Shown here piece by piece: positions 19,825 to 30,716 of a stretch of DNA of 64,000 nucleotides (within the stretch, counting starts at the first letter, position 1; each line of letters begins with the position of its first letter). The translations under genes were made by a program, and so were the position numbers. The notes under the pieces were generated by a model that saw only the letters and a program-made list of their open reading frames with translations, made no database searches and was not told the DNA's origin. Where the stretch lies: NCBI GenBank assembly GCA_963776245.1, contig CAVZLN010000003.1, positions 640,001-704,000 of the forward strand. The letters run 5' to 3'. The stretch is from Candidatus Eiseniibacteriota bacterium. GTDB lineage: Bacteria; Eisenbacteria; RBG-16-71-46.

Positions 19825-20601
19825 TCAGCGGCGGATGGTGGCGGTCCGGTTCACCGTGAAGGTGATCTCGGTGCCCTCCTTGACCGTGGCCTGGTAGCCC
19901 TTGCTCTTGGCCACCGCGCCGGTCGCCGCGGCGCCGCCGATGAGTCCTCCGATCAAGGCGCCCTTGTTGCTGCCACCGATCGCCTTGCCCAGCAGCGCGC
20001 CCGCGGCCGCGCCGCCGGCGACCGCGCCCACGTTCCGCGCACGGGTGCCCCCGGCGATGATGCTGTCCGCGCCGGCCGAGACCTCGAAGGTCGTGCCGTC
20101 GATCTCGACCGAGCGCACGGCCAGCACCAGGAAGGCACGACTACCGCGCTCGGCCGGCTCGACCGCCCGCACCACCCCGTTCACGCGTGCGCCCGCCGGG
20201 ATGGGAACGCTGGTGCCGGAGACGACCGGGTCCTTGATGGTGCCGGTCCACGAGTCACCGGCCTGCGCCGTCTCGGAGGTGAGCGCGGTCGTGACGGCGA
20301 TCTTGAGCGGCGTGCCCGAGGGCACCGTCATTCCGGGCTTCTCGGCCGCGACGGGCGCGGGCGTCGGCGCCGGCGCGGGCTTGGGCCTGCGCTGGGTGGG
20401 TGTGGGCGCGGGCGTCGGTGCCGGCGCCGGCTGGTACTGCTCGGCCGGGGTCACGCTCCCCTGCGGTGTCTCCACGGGATTCTGCGCGAGCAGGCTGTCG
20501 CTCGCGCTGGTCGCGGCCTGCTCGGCCTTCTTGGCGCAGCCGGCGAGCCCGGCGACGAGAAGGGCCGCGGCGAGGGAAAGCAGAAGGGTCCTGGTTCTCA
20601 T
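19825..20601 (-). CDS. Lipoprotein with a Pro-rich linker and glycine-zipper
   Basis: LAGC lipobox, PAPAPTP linker and GGAAAGALLGKAIGG...GALIGGLIGG; AAGGAG RBS. Confidence 0.8.
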   Translation of the reverse strand: MRTRTLLLSLAAALLVAGLAGCAKKAEQAATSASDSLLAQNPVETPQGSVTPAEQYQPAPAPTPAPTPTQRRPKPAPAPTPAPVAAEKPGMTVPSGTPLKIAVTTALTSETAQAGDSWTGTIKDPVVSGTSVPIPAGARVNGVVRAVEPAERGSRAFLVLAVRSVEIDGTTFEVSAGADSIIAGGTRARNVGAVAGGAAAGALLGKAIGGSNKGALIGGLIGGAAATGAVAKSKGYQATVKEGTEITFTVNRTATIRR

Positions 20602-20853
20602 GGCACTCACTCCTTGTGATCGACCGGCAGAAAGGCCGGATTCCGTGGTGACGACCGGGCGAACGCCCTTGCGCCCGGCGGGGGAGCTGGAGATGGGCGG
20701 GAGTGTGCAGCGCGGCGTCACGAATGGCAAGGACGGCGATGCGGCCCCACGGCAAGACGCGCGCCCCACGCGCCACGGCGTTGGGGCGGCCGGGCGCTTC
20801 CGCTACTCTGGGATCCCACGCGGTCCCGGATGCTCGAACCGAGGAGGAGTGCC

Positions 20854-22371
<1,518 letters not shown>

Positions 22372-23090
22372 TCGCGGGAGCCTCGCGTTCGACCCGCAGG
22401 CGCGCGTCGGGCTGCACCAGGCGCAGCATGTGCCCATCGGGGCCCAGCCACGCCTCATAGTGGATCGCGCCATCGGTGAATCCGAGCCGGCGCGTGATCA
22501 CCCGCCGGCCGCCCCAGCGCAGCGTGTCGGCGCCGAGGTCGGTCACCGTCCCCTCGAACAACGAGTCGCGCGGGCCGATCGCGAACAGGTTGAGCGGACG
22601 CGATTCGAACGTCGTGCCGGCGAGCGCGCGGCAGATCACATCGAACAGCGAGAACATCCCGCCGTCCAACACGAACAGGCGTCCAGGCGGAAGCGCGTAC
22701 ACGTCGCCCTCCCCGCGATCGTCGTACTGACGGAACGAGGAGAACGTGGTGTCCCGCGCGACCACCGAGCGGACCGCCCGGTGCCCGCCCAGGTCCTGGG
22801 TGGACGCGTAGGACTTGAAACCATGGCTGATCGCGTCCACCACCAGCGTCATGCGCTTGCGCAGGGTATCCGCCCCATCGCCGCGGAGGAGCGTCTGGTA
22901 GACTTCGGACTCGACCCAGAGCGAGTCCGATCGGTGCTCGTACGAGAACGTCTCGACACCCAGCAGCCGGTCGCCGACGGTCACGGTGAAGGTGCCCCGG
23001 TCGACCGGTTCCCCGGCGGAGCGGGCAGGACCGGCGGGGACGAGGGCGGCGAGGAGCCCGCCCGCGAGCAGGATGCGCAGGAGATTCTTC

Positions 23091-23543
23091 ATGGCCGACA
23101 AGGTTAGCACAGGGAGCGCATGCGCCCTCGCGCTCGCCACCCTCCTCATGCTCGGGGCCATCCCCGGGTGCGGGGGCGCCGGCGACGGCTCGCGCGGCCC
23201 GGGAACGGTGCGAGCGGGCGCGCACACCACCGCCGGCGCCGTCTCGCCTCAGGAAGCCCGGCGCCTCATCGCCGCCGACAGCACGCTGCTGGTGCTCGAC
23301 GTGCGCGATCCCGCGGAGTGGGACGACGACGTCGGCCACATCGCGCAGGCACGGCTGATCCCGCTGGGGCAGCTCGCGGGCCGGCTGGCCGAGATCGAGC
23401 GCTGGAAGGACCGGACGATCATCACCGTGTGTCGCGTGGGCGTGCGCAGTCACCGCGCCGTCGAGCTGCTCGAGTCACGCCGCTTCCGGGACGCGCGCAA
23501 CCTGATCGGCGGCATGGAGGCGTGGAGGGCGGCGGGGTACTAG
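23091..23543 (+). CDS. Rhodanese-like domain lipoprotein
   Basis: IPGC lipobox, LDVRDPAEW, GHIAQA, CRVGVRS and GGMEAW. Confidence 0.85.
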   Translation: MADKVSTGSACALALATLLMLGAIPGCGGAGDGSRGPGTVRAGAHTTAGAVSPQEARRLIAADSTLLVLDVRDPAEWDDDVGHIAQARLIPLGQLAGRLAEIERWKDRTIITVCRVGVRSHRAVELLESRRFRDARNLIGGMEAWRAAGY

Positions 23544-23629
23544 CCGCCACCGCTCCCGGATCGCGGCGGCCGGCGGGTCGCGTCGCGACACCGCTCCCCG
23601 TCGCGGCTCGCGGTCCGCGCCCACCCCGC

Positions 23630-25006
23630 TCAGCCCGCGACGCGCTCCAGCCGGGCCACGCACTCGATGTGCGGGGTGTGCGGGAACATGTCGAACGGCC
23701 GGGTCTCGGCGAGGGTGTAGCCCTGCGCGGCGAAGTCCTTCACGTCGCGCGCCAGCGTGGCCGGATTGCAGGACACGTACACGATCCGCCGCGGACCGAG
23801 CTCGGTCACCCGCGTGACCACACGGGGGTGCAGGCCGGCGCGCGGCGGATCCACGACCACCACGTCCGCGGCGGGACCGCCGGCGCGCTCCCCGCGAGCC
23901 CACTCGCGCAGCACCCGCCGCGCCTCTCCCTCGACGAAGCGTACGTTGGCGAGGCCATTGCGCGTGGCGTTGCGGCGCGCGCCCGCGACCGCGTCGGCCA
24001 CGCTCTCGACCCCGACCGCCTCACGACAGGCGCGCGCGAACAGCAGGGTGAGCGTGCCGGCGCCGCAGTAGAGGTCGAGCACCGTGTCGCCCGACACGTC
24101 GCCCCCCGCCTCGAGCGCCGCGGCGTACAGGTGCTCGGCCTGGCGGCTGTTGGTCTGCAGGAACGCGTTCGCCGTCGCCGAGAACTCGAGCCCGAGCAGG
24201 CGCTCGAGGATCGCCTCGCGGCCGGCCAGCACGCGCGTCTCCTCGTTGAACGCCACGCCGCCGCGCTGGCGATTGATGCCGAGGGTCACGCTGGTGATCT
24301 CGGGCGAGAGCGCGGCGACCGCGCGCGCCCAGACCTCGAGCCCCGGCAGTTCATCCGAGGCGGCCACCAGGTTCACCGCGCACTCCCGCGTCAGTGGCAG
24401 GTGGCGCACCACGAGATGGCGCGCCACGCCATCGTGCCGCGCCGGGTGCCACGCGCGCCAGCGCTGCTCCACGGCGATCCGCTGGGTCGCGCGCACGATT
24501 TCGACCGTGAGGGCGCTGGGCAGCAGGCAGGTCTCGGTGGCGAACAGCCGGTCGAAGGTCCCGCGCTCGTGCAGCCCGACACGGGGCGAGCCGTCGGCGG
24601 CCGGGAAGATCGCGAACTCCATCTTGTTGCGATAGTGGAATGTCTCGGGCGCGGGCCGGATGTCGTGCACCACCGGGGCGGGCACGCCCCCGAGATGCAC
24701 GAGGGTGTCGCGCACCTGCCGCTGCTTGAGGCCCAGTTGCTCGGGATAGGGCAGATCCTGGAAGCGGCATCCGCCGCAACGCGCGACGTGCGGACAGGGC
24801 GCGTCGATGCGCAGCGGCGAGGGCTCCACCACGCGCTCCAGGCGCGCCTCGGCCCAGCCGCGCTTGACGCGGGTGATGCGCGCCTCGACCTGGTCGCCGG
24901 GCAGGCCGCGGTCCACGAACACCACCCGGCCCTCGTGACGCGCGAGCGCCTTGCCGCCGAGGGCGAGGTCGTCCACGCGGAGGATTGACAGGTCGTTGAC
25001 CTTCAT
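23630..25006 (-). CDS. rlmD: 23S rRNA m5U1939 methyltransferase (RlmD/RumA family)
   Basis: TRAM domain, CPHVARCGGC, YRNKMEF, FLQTN, DLYCGAG, VDPPRAG, YVSCNPATLARD and DMFPHTPHIE. Confidence 0.93.
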   Translation of the reverse strand: MKVNDLSILRVDDLALGGKALARHEGRVVFVDRGLPGDQVEARITRVKRGWAEARLERVVEPSPLRIDAPCPHVARCGGCRFQDLPYPEQLGLKQRQVRDTLVHLGGVPAPVVHDIRPAPETFHYRNKMEFAIFPAADGSPRVGLHERGTFDRLFATETCLLPSALTVEIVRATQRIAVEQRWRAWHPARHDGVARHLVVRHLPLTRECAVNLVAASDELPGLEVWARAVAALSPEITSVTLGINRQRGGVAFNEETRVLAGREAILERLLGLEFSATANAFLQTNSRQAEHLYAAALEAGGDVSGDTVLDLYCGAGTLTLLFARACREAVGVESVADAVAGARRNATRNGLANVRFVEGEARRVLREWARGERAGGPAADVVVVDPPRAGLHPRVVTRVTELGPRRIVYVSCNPATLARDVKDFAAQGYTLAETRPFDMFPHTPHIECVARLERVAG

Positions 25007-25141
25007 CGTGGCCCGGGAGTGTCCAACGGATCGGAAGTCCAAGAGCGGCGACTTTCCAGGAACCGGGTCGCGCGGCGACGGGTTGTTCCCGTTGCGACCC
25101 TCATCGCAGTCCGAGGGGACGCTAGCACAGGGGGAGAGACG

Positions 25142-26302
25142 ATGCGAAAGATCACCGGTTTCGCGCTCGCGCTGTTCGTGATCGCGATGCCTGCCGCGCG
25201 ACCGGCGCGTGCCGCCGGAGACGTGGCAGGGACGCCGTGGCTCGGGGTGTACACCCAGACGGTGGACGACGCGCTGCGCGAGGCGATGGATCTTACCGGC
25301 GAGGGCGCGCTGGTGAGCCGCGTGGTGGAGGGTGGCCCCGCCGCGCGCGCCGGAGTGGAGAAGGGCGACATCATCACGCGCTTCGCCTCGAAGCCGGTGG
25401 GGTCGGCGGACGAGCTGGTGCGCCTGGTGCGCGAAGCGCGCCCGGATCAGCACGTCACCATCGAGGTGCGCCGTGGCCAGGAGTCGCGCACGCTCACCGC
25501 ACAGTTGGCCGAGCGCCCGGGCGAACTGGACGCGCCCGAGCCGGGGCCCGCGCGGCGCGTGGTGATCCGCGAGCGCGGCCGCGATGGGAAGGGCGCGATC
25601 GAGCGCGAGGACGACGGGGACGCGCCCGGGGAGCGGCGCGTGATCGTGCGCCAGGAGCGCGGCGACACGCCGGACGGGAAGAAGCATGTCCGCATCATCC
25701 GGCGCGGCACTGGATCCGGCGACATGGATCTCGAGATCCCGGACCTCTCCGGGCTCGAGGGCCTGCGCGACGGCGGGCGGGTGCGCGCGTTCCGCTTCGA
25801 TGGGCCGCACGCGCCGGGCATGCCCGGCGGCGCGATGGACCTGATGATGGGAGTTGGCCGCGGCAGGCTGGGCGTCCAGGTGCAGGACCTGAACGACCAG
25901 CTCGGCGAGTACTTCGAGGTGCCCGGCGGGCGCGGCGCGCTCGTCATGGAGGTGAAGAAGGACACACCCGCGGAGCGCGTGGGGCTCAAAGCGGGCGACG
26001 TGATCACGCGCGTCGGTGACACGACGATCGGGAGCGCGTCCGATCTGGTCGAGGCGCTGCAGGGCAAGGAGGGCAAGGTCCAGGTCGCGTTCGTCCGCAA
26101 GGGCCAGGCGCACTCGCTCGAGCCGGAGCTCGAGCCCATGGCACCGCGCCGCACGCGGATGGAGGCGGGAGACGACCGCCTTGCGCCCGAACCGCCCCGG
26201 CCGGGCGAGGGTGATCTCGATGGCATGCGCGATCAGCTGCGCGAGATGCGGCAGGAACTGAAGCGCCTGCGCAGCGAATTGGAGTCCTCTCGAAGGAAAT
26301 AG
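25142..26302 (+). CDS. Secreted double-PDZ protein with a C-terminal coiled coil
   Basis: Signal peptide, two PDZ domains (PWLGV...GPAARAGVEKGDII; RLGVQV...TPAERVGLKAGDVI), and no protease domain. Confidence 0.85.
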   Translation: MRKITGFALALFVIAMPAARPARAAGDVAGTPWLGVYTQTVDDALREAMDLTGEGALVSRVVEGGPAARAGVEKGDIITRFASKPVGSADELVRLVREARPDQHVTIEVRRGQESRTLTAQLAERPGELDAPEPGPARRVVIRERGRDGKGAIEREDDGDAPGERRVIVRQERGDTPDGKKHVRIIRRGTGSGDMDLEIPDLSGLEGLRDGGRVRAFRFDGPHAPGMPGGAMDLMMGVGRGRLGVQVQDLNDQLGEYFEVPGGRGALVMEVKKDTPAERVGLKAGDVITRVGDTTIGSASDLVEALQGKEGKVQVAFVRKGQAHSLEPELEPMAPRRTRMEAGDDRLAPEPPRPGEGDLDGMRDQLREMRQELKRLRSELESSRRK

Positions 26303-26493
26303 CACGTACCGTCGCCGCACGGGGGAGCGCCGATCCGGCCGTTCCGCACCTCACGGTGCGCTGGAACAGGGGCTTGTCACGAACCGGTCGGTGCAGCGCG
26401 GCGCTCCACCCGGCGGCGGCGACACAGGGCCCGGCGATGCCGGGCCCTCGCCATTTGCGCCACGCGGACGGGCCCGCGTAACGTGCGCGCGCC

Positions 26494-27012
26494 ATGCCCG
26501 CCCTCCGACGATCTCGCTTCTGCCTGCGGTGCGGCACCGCGATGGTGCCCCGGGACGACCACGGACACCAGCGGCCGGCGTGCCCGGCGTGCGGGTGGAT
26601 CCACTACCGCAATCCCGCGCCCGCGGCCGGCGTGCTGCTCGAGCGCGACGGCGATGTGCTGCTGGTGAAGCGGCGGTTCGCCCCGCGCGTGGGAGCCTGG
26701 TGCGTCCCCGCGGGCTTCATCGAGTACGGGGAGACGCCCGAGCATTGCGCGGTGCGCGAGACGCGCGAGGAGACCGGACTCGAGGTGCGGCTGACGGGGC
26801 TGTTCGGCGTGTACGCGGGATTCGACGACCCGCGTGTGCGCGCGGTGCTGATCCTCTACACCGCCGAGCGCACCGGCGGCCGCCTGGCGCCCGGCGACGA
26901 CGCCAGCGCGACACGCTGGTTCCGCCTCGCGCGCCTGCCCCGCGCGATCGCGTTCCATGCCCACCGGCGCGCGCTCGAGGAGCTGCGCGCGCGCATCCGT
27001 CGCGAGCGCTGA
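26494..27012 (+). CDS. NUDIX hydrolase with an N-terminal zinc ribbon
   Basis: FCLRCG...CPACG and Nudix box GFIEYGETPEHCAVRETREETG. Promoter-like TTGCGC-18-TAACGT lies at 26455-26484. Confidence 0.92.
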   Translation: MPALRRSRFCLRCGTAMVPRDDHGHQRPACPACGWIHYRNPAPAAGVLLERDGDVLLVKRRFAPRVGAWCVPAGFIEYGETPEHCAVRETREETGLEVRLTGLFGVYAGFDDPRVRAVLILYTAERTGGRLAPGDDASATRWFRLARLPRAIAFHAHRRALEELRARIRRER

Positions 27013-27025
27013 CCGAACCCTTCCG

Positions 27026-28399
27026 CTAGGCCCAGGCCGCGCTGTGGCGCGCGTTCTCGTGGCGCGAGAGCACCATCGCCAGCACCGCGCCGGCGAGCAG
27101 CGCGCGATCGAGGTCCAGGTCGTCGAGCGGCTCGCCATCGCTCTTGTTCGAGAGATTGAGCACGCCGCACAGCCGGTTGTTGTGGATCAGCGGCACGCAC
27201 ACGAACGAGTCGGAGTTGTAGGTGTCGCGCCGTTCCGGCCCGTCGTGCGGCACGCTCACCTCGGAGTCCCGGACGCGCACGTGGAGCGGCTTGCGGTTGT
27301 GCGCCACCCAGCCCGCCACGCCCTGGCCGACGCGCACCTTCACGCGTCCCGCGACGTGCGGGTCCATGCCGCGCTGGGCCGCGATCTGGAGCGTCTCCTT
27401 CGCGCCGTCGAGGGTCATCAGGCTGCAACGCTCCACGCCGAAGCGCTCCGACAGCCACGCCACCATCGTGCGCGGGAACTCCTCGGCGTCGTGCTCCTGC
27501 GCGAGCACCTGGAAGACCTCCTTGAGGAACCCGATGGTGCGCTGGGTCTCGGCGAGCCGGGACTGGGCGACCGAGAGCTGGGAGTACGCCTCGGTCAGGT
27601 GCTGGGTCGCAGAGGCCGACTGGTCCTCGAGCGCGCCGAGCTGGCACTTCACGCGCTCGAGCTCCTGGCGGTACTCGCTCGAGGACTTGTCGAGCGATTC
27701 GATCTCGACGCTCAGCGCCTCGAGCCGCCGCGTCTTGGCGTGGTTCTCCTCCTCGAGCGTCGTGGTGTGCTCGGTGAGCCGGCGGATGCGGTCCTGGAAC
27801 TCGTCCGCGGCCGCGCGCGCCCTGCGCTCGTCGCTGGCCGAGTCAGTCGGGCGGCCGTTGCGGTAGAGCTGCTGCGCCAGCGCCAGCGCGGCCAGGCTCT
27901 TCACCGGGATGAGCTCCGACACCACCCGGCCGCCGAACGCACCGCGCTTGTCGCTCACCACCACCAGCAGGGCCAGGATGTCCTCCTGGTCGGCGAGCGG
28001 CAGGCACACGCACGACTGCCAGTTCGGCAGCGCCGTGAGCGCGCGCAGGCTGGGGGCCTCCATGGTGTCCGGCTCGTAAGACGGGGAGGTGTGGAACATG
28101 TGGCTGAGCAGGGAGCGCCGGTCCGTGGCATTGAAGAATGCACTCGGGTGGAAGAACTTTCGCACGAGCCGGGTGGGCAGCGTGTCCACCGGGATGGTCA
28201 CGTCGCGCCGCACCAACCGGCCGCCGTCGCGGCGGTAGACGTTCACGAGGGAGTCCCGGCTGACCTCGTAGAAGGCCAGCGAGGCGCGCCAATCGGGGCG
28301 CACCGATTGGAGATAGCCCAGGAACTCGAGGACCACGGCTTCGGTGTCTCGGCTGCGGGTCAGGCGTTCGCTGATATCGCGCAGGTCGAATCTCGACAC
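27026..28399 (-). CDS. GAF - coiled coil - GAF protein with no output domain
   Basis: GTG after AGGGAG. N-terminal GAF-like region (CVCLPLAD), heptad-rich centre, and C-terminal GAF (GQGVAGWVA, SFVCVPL, GVLNLSNK). Confidence 0.8.
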   Translation of the reverse strand: MSRFDLRDISERLTRSRDTEAVVLEFLGYLQSVRPDWRASLAFYEVSRDSLVNVYRRDGGRLVRRDVTIPVDTLPTRLVRKFFHPSAFFNATDRRSLLSHMFHTSPSYEPDTMEAPSLRALTALPNWQSCVCLPLADQEDILALLVVVSDKRGAFGGRVVSELIPVKSLAALALAQQLYRNGRPTDSASDERRARAAADEFQDRIRRLTEHTTTLEEENHAKTRRLEALSVEIESLDKSSSEYRQELERVKCQLGALEDQSASATQHLTEAYSQLSVAQSRLAETQRTIGFLKEVFQVLAQEHDAEEFPRTMVAWLSERFGVERCSLMTLDGAKETLQIAAQRGMDPHVAGRVKVRVGQGVAGWVAHNRKPLHVRVRDSEVSVPHDGPERRDTYNSDSFVCVPLIHNNRLCGVLNLSNKSDGEPLDDLDLDRALLAGAVLAMVLSRHENARHSAAWA

Positions 28400-28448
28400 G
28401 ATCGTTTCTCCCTGGAGGTCGTGGATGGGTGCGGGGCGGCCACCTTCA

Positions 28449-28464
28449 GGCAATCGCTGTGCCG
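28449..28464 (-). promoter_or_regulatory. sigma54-type promoter of the GAF gene
   Basis: CGGCACAGCGATTGCC, 50 nt before the start. Confidence 0.65.
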
Positions 28465-28563
28465 CGCGCGACCGGGCGGAATGCAACGCGGCGCGCCCCG
28501 CGGCGCGGGTGGCGGTGGGATCCTCGCAGGACAGCGCGGCGGCCAGGACGCGCGCCCCGGTGG

Positions 28564-30348
28564 CTACCGCCTGCGCCGCCCGCGCGCCTCGCGCTTGGCC
28601 TCCCCGGGCGCCTCGCTCGGGGGCTCCGCCTCGTCGTCGTCGACCTCGATGATGAAGTTCCCGCCCACCCGCGGCGGCAGGATGACGCGATGGAGCGCGA
28701 TCTCGATCACCTCGTCCATGGTCTCGACCGGGATCAGTTCGAGGCGCTCGCGGACATCGGCGGGAACCTCGTCGAGATCCTTGAGGTTCACCGCCGGGAA
28801 CAGCAGCGCCCGGAACCCGGCGCGGTAGGCGGCGAGCGCCTTCTCGCGCAGCCCGCCGACCAGCAGCACCTTGCCGCGCAGGCTTACCTCGCCGGTCATC
28901 GCCACGTCGTGGCGGATCGGGCGGTCGCTCAGGACCGATGCGATCACCAGTCCCACCGTGATCCCGGCCGACGGACCGTCCTTGGGGACCCCCGCGGCGG
29001 GAAAATGGATGTGGATGTCGGTGTTCGAGAAGGTCTCGGCGTCGATCTCGAGTGTGTCGGCGCGCGAGCGCACGTAGGAATGCGCGGCCTGCACCGACTC
29101 CTTCATCACCTCGCCGAGCTGGCCGGTGGTCACGACCCGCCCCGATCCCGGCATCTTGAGCGCCTCGACGATGAGCACCTCGCCGCCCGCCGCGGTCCAC
29201 GCCAGTCCGGCGGCGACGCCGACCTCGTCGTCCTTGCCCACCATCTCGGGGGCGTACACGCGGTGCCCGAGGTAGCGCTCGAGGTGCTCGAGCGTGGCGT
29301 TGTGACGGCGCCCGTCGCCTGTCGCGCGCGCGCGTGCCACCTTGCGGCACACCGTGGCGATCTGGCGCGACAACCCGCGCACGCCGGCCTCGAGGGTGTA
29401 GTGCCGCACCATCGCGCGCAGCGCATCGTCCGGGATGGTGAGGTCGCGCGTGGTGAGGCCGTGCTCCTGGAGCGCGCGCGGCAGCAGGAAACGGCGCGCG
29501 ATGGCGAGCTTCTCGTCCTCGCTGTAGCCCGGGACCTCGATGACCTCGAGGCGTTCCTGAAGGTTGTCCGGCACCATGTCGAGGTTGTTCGCGCACAGCA
29601 GCAACACCGCGTGCGAGAGGTCGATGGGCAGGCCGATGTAGTGGTCGGTGAAGTGCGCGTTGCTCTCCGCGTCGAGCAGCTCGAGCAGCACCTCGGCCAC
29701 GCCGAGCCCGCCTTCGCCCACCAGCCGGTCCACGCCGTCGATGACGAGCACCGGGTTGGTCGCGCCGGCGTCGCGCAGCGCGCGCGCGATGCGTCCCGGC
29801 TGGGCCCCCGGGAGCGTGCGCGACACGCCCGCCAGATCGCCGGCATCGCTGGTGCCCGACACCGTGATGCGCACGAAAGGACGATGGAGCGCGCGTGCCA
29901 CCGCTGCCCCGAGCGAGGACTTGCCGGTCCCCGGCGGTCCGACGAGGCAGAGCGCCGGGCCGGGCAGATCGGGCTTGAGACGGCGCACCGCGAGGTACTC
30001 GACGATGCGCTCCTTGGCCTTCTCGAGTCCGAGGTGGTCCCGCTCGAGCACCTGCTCGACCTGCTTGAGATCGGCGTCCTCGGAAGCGGCGCGTTCCCAC
30101 GGGAGCGACCACAGCCACTGGAGGTAGGCGCGCACCTGCGCGGCCTCGGGCGAGCCCGCCGGCAAGCGGCGCAGCCGGTCCATCTCGCGCTGGGCCTGGC
30201 GCGACACCTCGCCCGGCAGGCGCACCGCGCGCGGCGGACGGCGCAGCGGAGCGTCGTCGATCACGCGCTCGAGCGCGGCGCTCTGGGCGCGCATCGGGCG
30301 CTCTCCCTTGGGGGCGCGGAGCGAGCGCGTGCGGTCGTTGCGGGGCAT
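28564..30348 (-). CDS. lon: Lon-family (S16) protease lacking the N-domain, with a degenerate AAA+ module
   Basis: LERDHLGLEKAKERIVEYLAV, GPPGTGKS, GLAWT, HIHFP, PKDGPSAG, AMTGE and GGLREK; GGAGGAGG RBS. Confidence 0.9.
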   Translation of the reverse strand: MPRNDRTRSLRAPKGERPMRAQSAALERVIDDAPLRRPPRAVRLPGEVSRQAQREMDRLRRLPAGSPEAAQVRAYLQWLWSLPWERAASEDADLKQVEQVLERDHLGLEKAKERIVEYLAVRRLKPDLPGPALCLVGPPGTGKSSLGAAVARALHRPFVRITVSGTSDAGDLAGVSRTLPGAQPGRIARALRDAGATNPVLVIDGVDRLVGEGGLGVAEVLLELLDAESNAHFTDHYIGLPIDLSHAVLLLCANNLDMVPDNLQERLEVIEVPGYSEDEKLAIARRFLLPRALQEHGLTTRDLTIPDDALRAMVRHYTLEAGVRGLSRQIATVCRKVARARATGDGRRHNATLEHLERYLGHRVYAPEMVGKDDEVGVAAGLAWTAAGGEVLIVEALKMPGSGRVVTTGQLGEVMKESVQAAHSYVRSRADTLEIDAETFSNTDIHIHFPAAGVPKDGPSAGITVGLVIASVLSDRPIRHDVAMTGEVSLRGKVLLVGGLREKALAAYRAGFRALLFPAVNLKDLDEVPADVRERLELIPVETMDEVIEIALHRVILPPRVGGNFIIEVDDDEAEPPSEAPGEAKREARGRRRR

Positions 30349-30440
30349 GCGAGCCTCCTCCGGGCGTGGGCCGACTGGATCGCGCGACTTGAACGGGCAC
30401 ACCGAGACGGTCGGAACCGGGTCCCCTACCCATTGCGATT

Positions 30441-30456
30441 AGCAATTCGCTCGCCG
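30441..30456 (-). promoter_or_regulatory. sigma54-type promoter of the lon-like gene
   Basis: CGGCGAGCGAATTGCT, in an AT-richer patch 93 nt before the ATG. Confidence 0.55.
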
Positions 30457-30645
30457 GGTCCGAGGGGAATGCCGCCCGCCCGGCCGTCGGGGATCAAGCG
30501 CCTGCCACGGCGTGACTTGGATCGCGCGAGGAGCGTGCGCGGGGGAGGCGGCGGGACGCCCGCGTGGTCGATAACCAGCCGCTTCGTGGCCGGATCGCCC
30601 ACGGCTGGCGCGATCCGGCCCGCCGGCGGCCGGGGCCGGTAGACG

Positions 30646-30675
30646 ACGAGGGCCCGGCGGAGGCCGGGCCCTCGA
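30646..30675 (-). terminator. Strong hairpin after the secreted-protein gene
   Basis: CGAGGGCCCGGC/GCCGGGCCCTCG 12-bp stem with a weak U-tract. Confidence 0.5.
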
Positions 30676-30716
30676 GGAAACCAGTCAAGCGAGGAGGCGC
30701 GAGCCTCCTTCACGAA

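Noticed and set aside
28482..28498. Second sigma54-like motif upstream of the GAF gene
   Set aside because: GG-to-GC spacing is 11 rather than the required 10.
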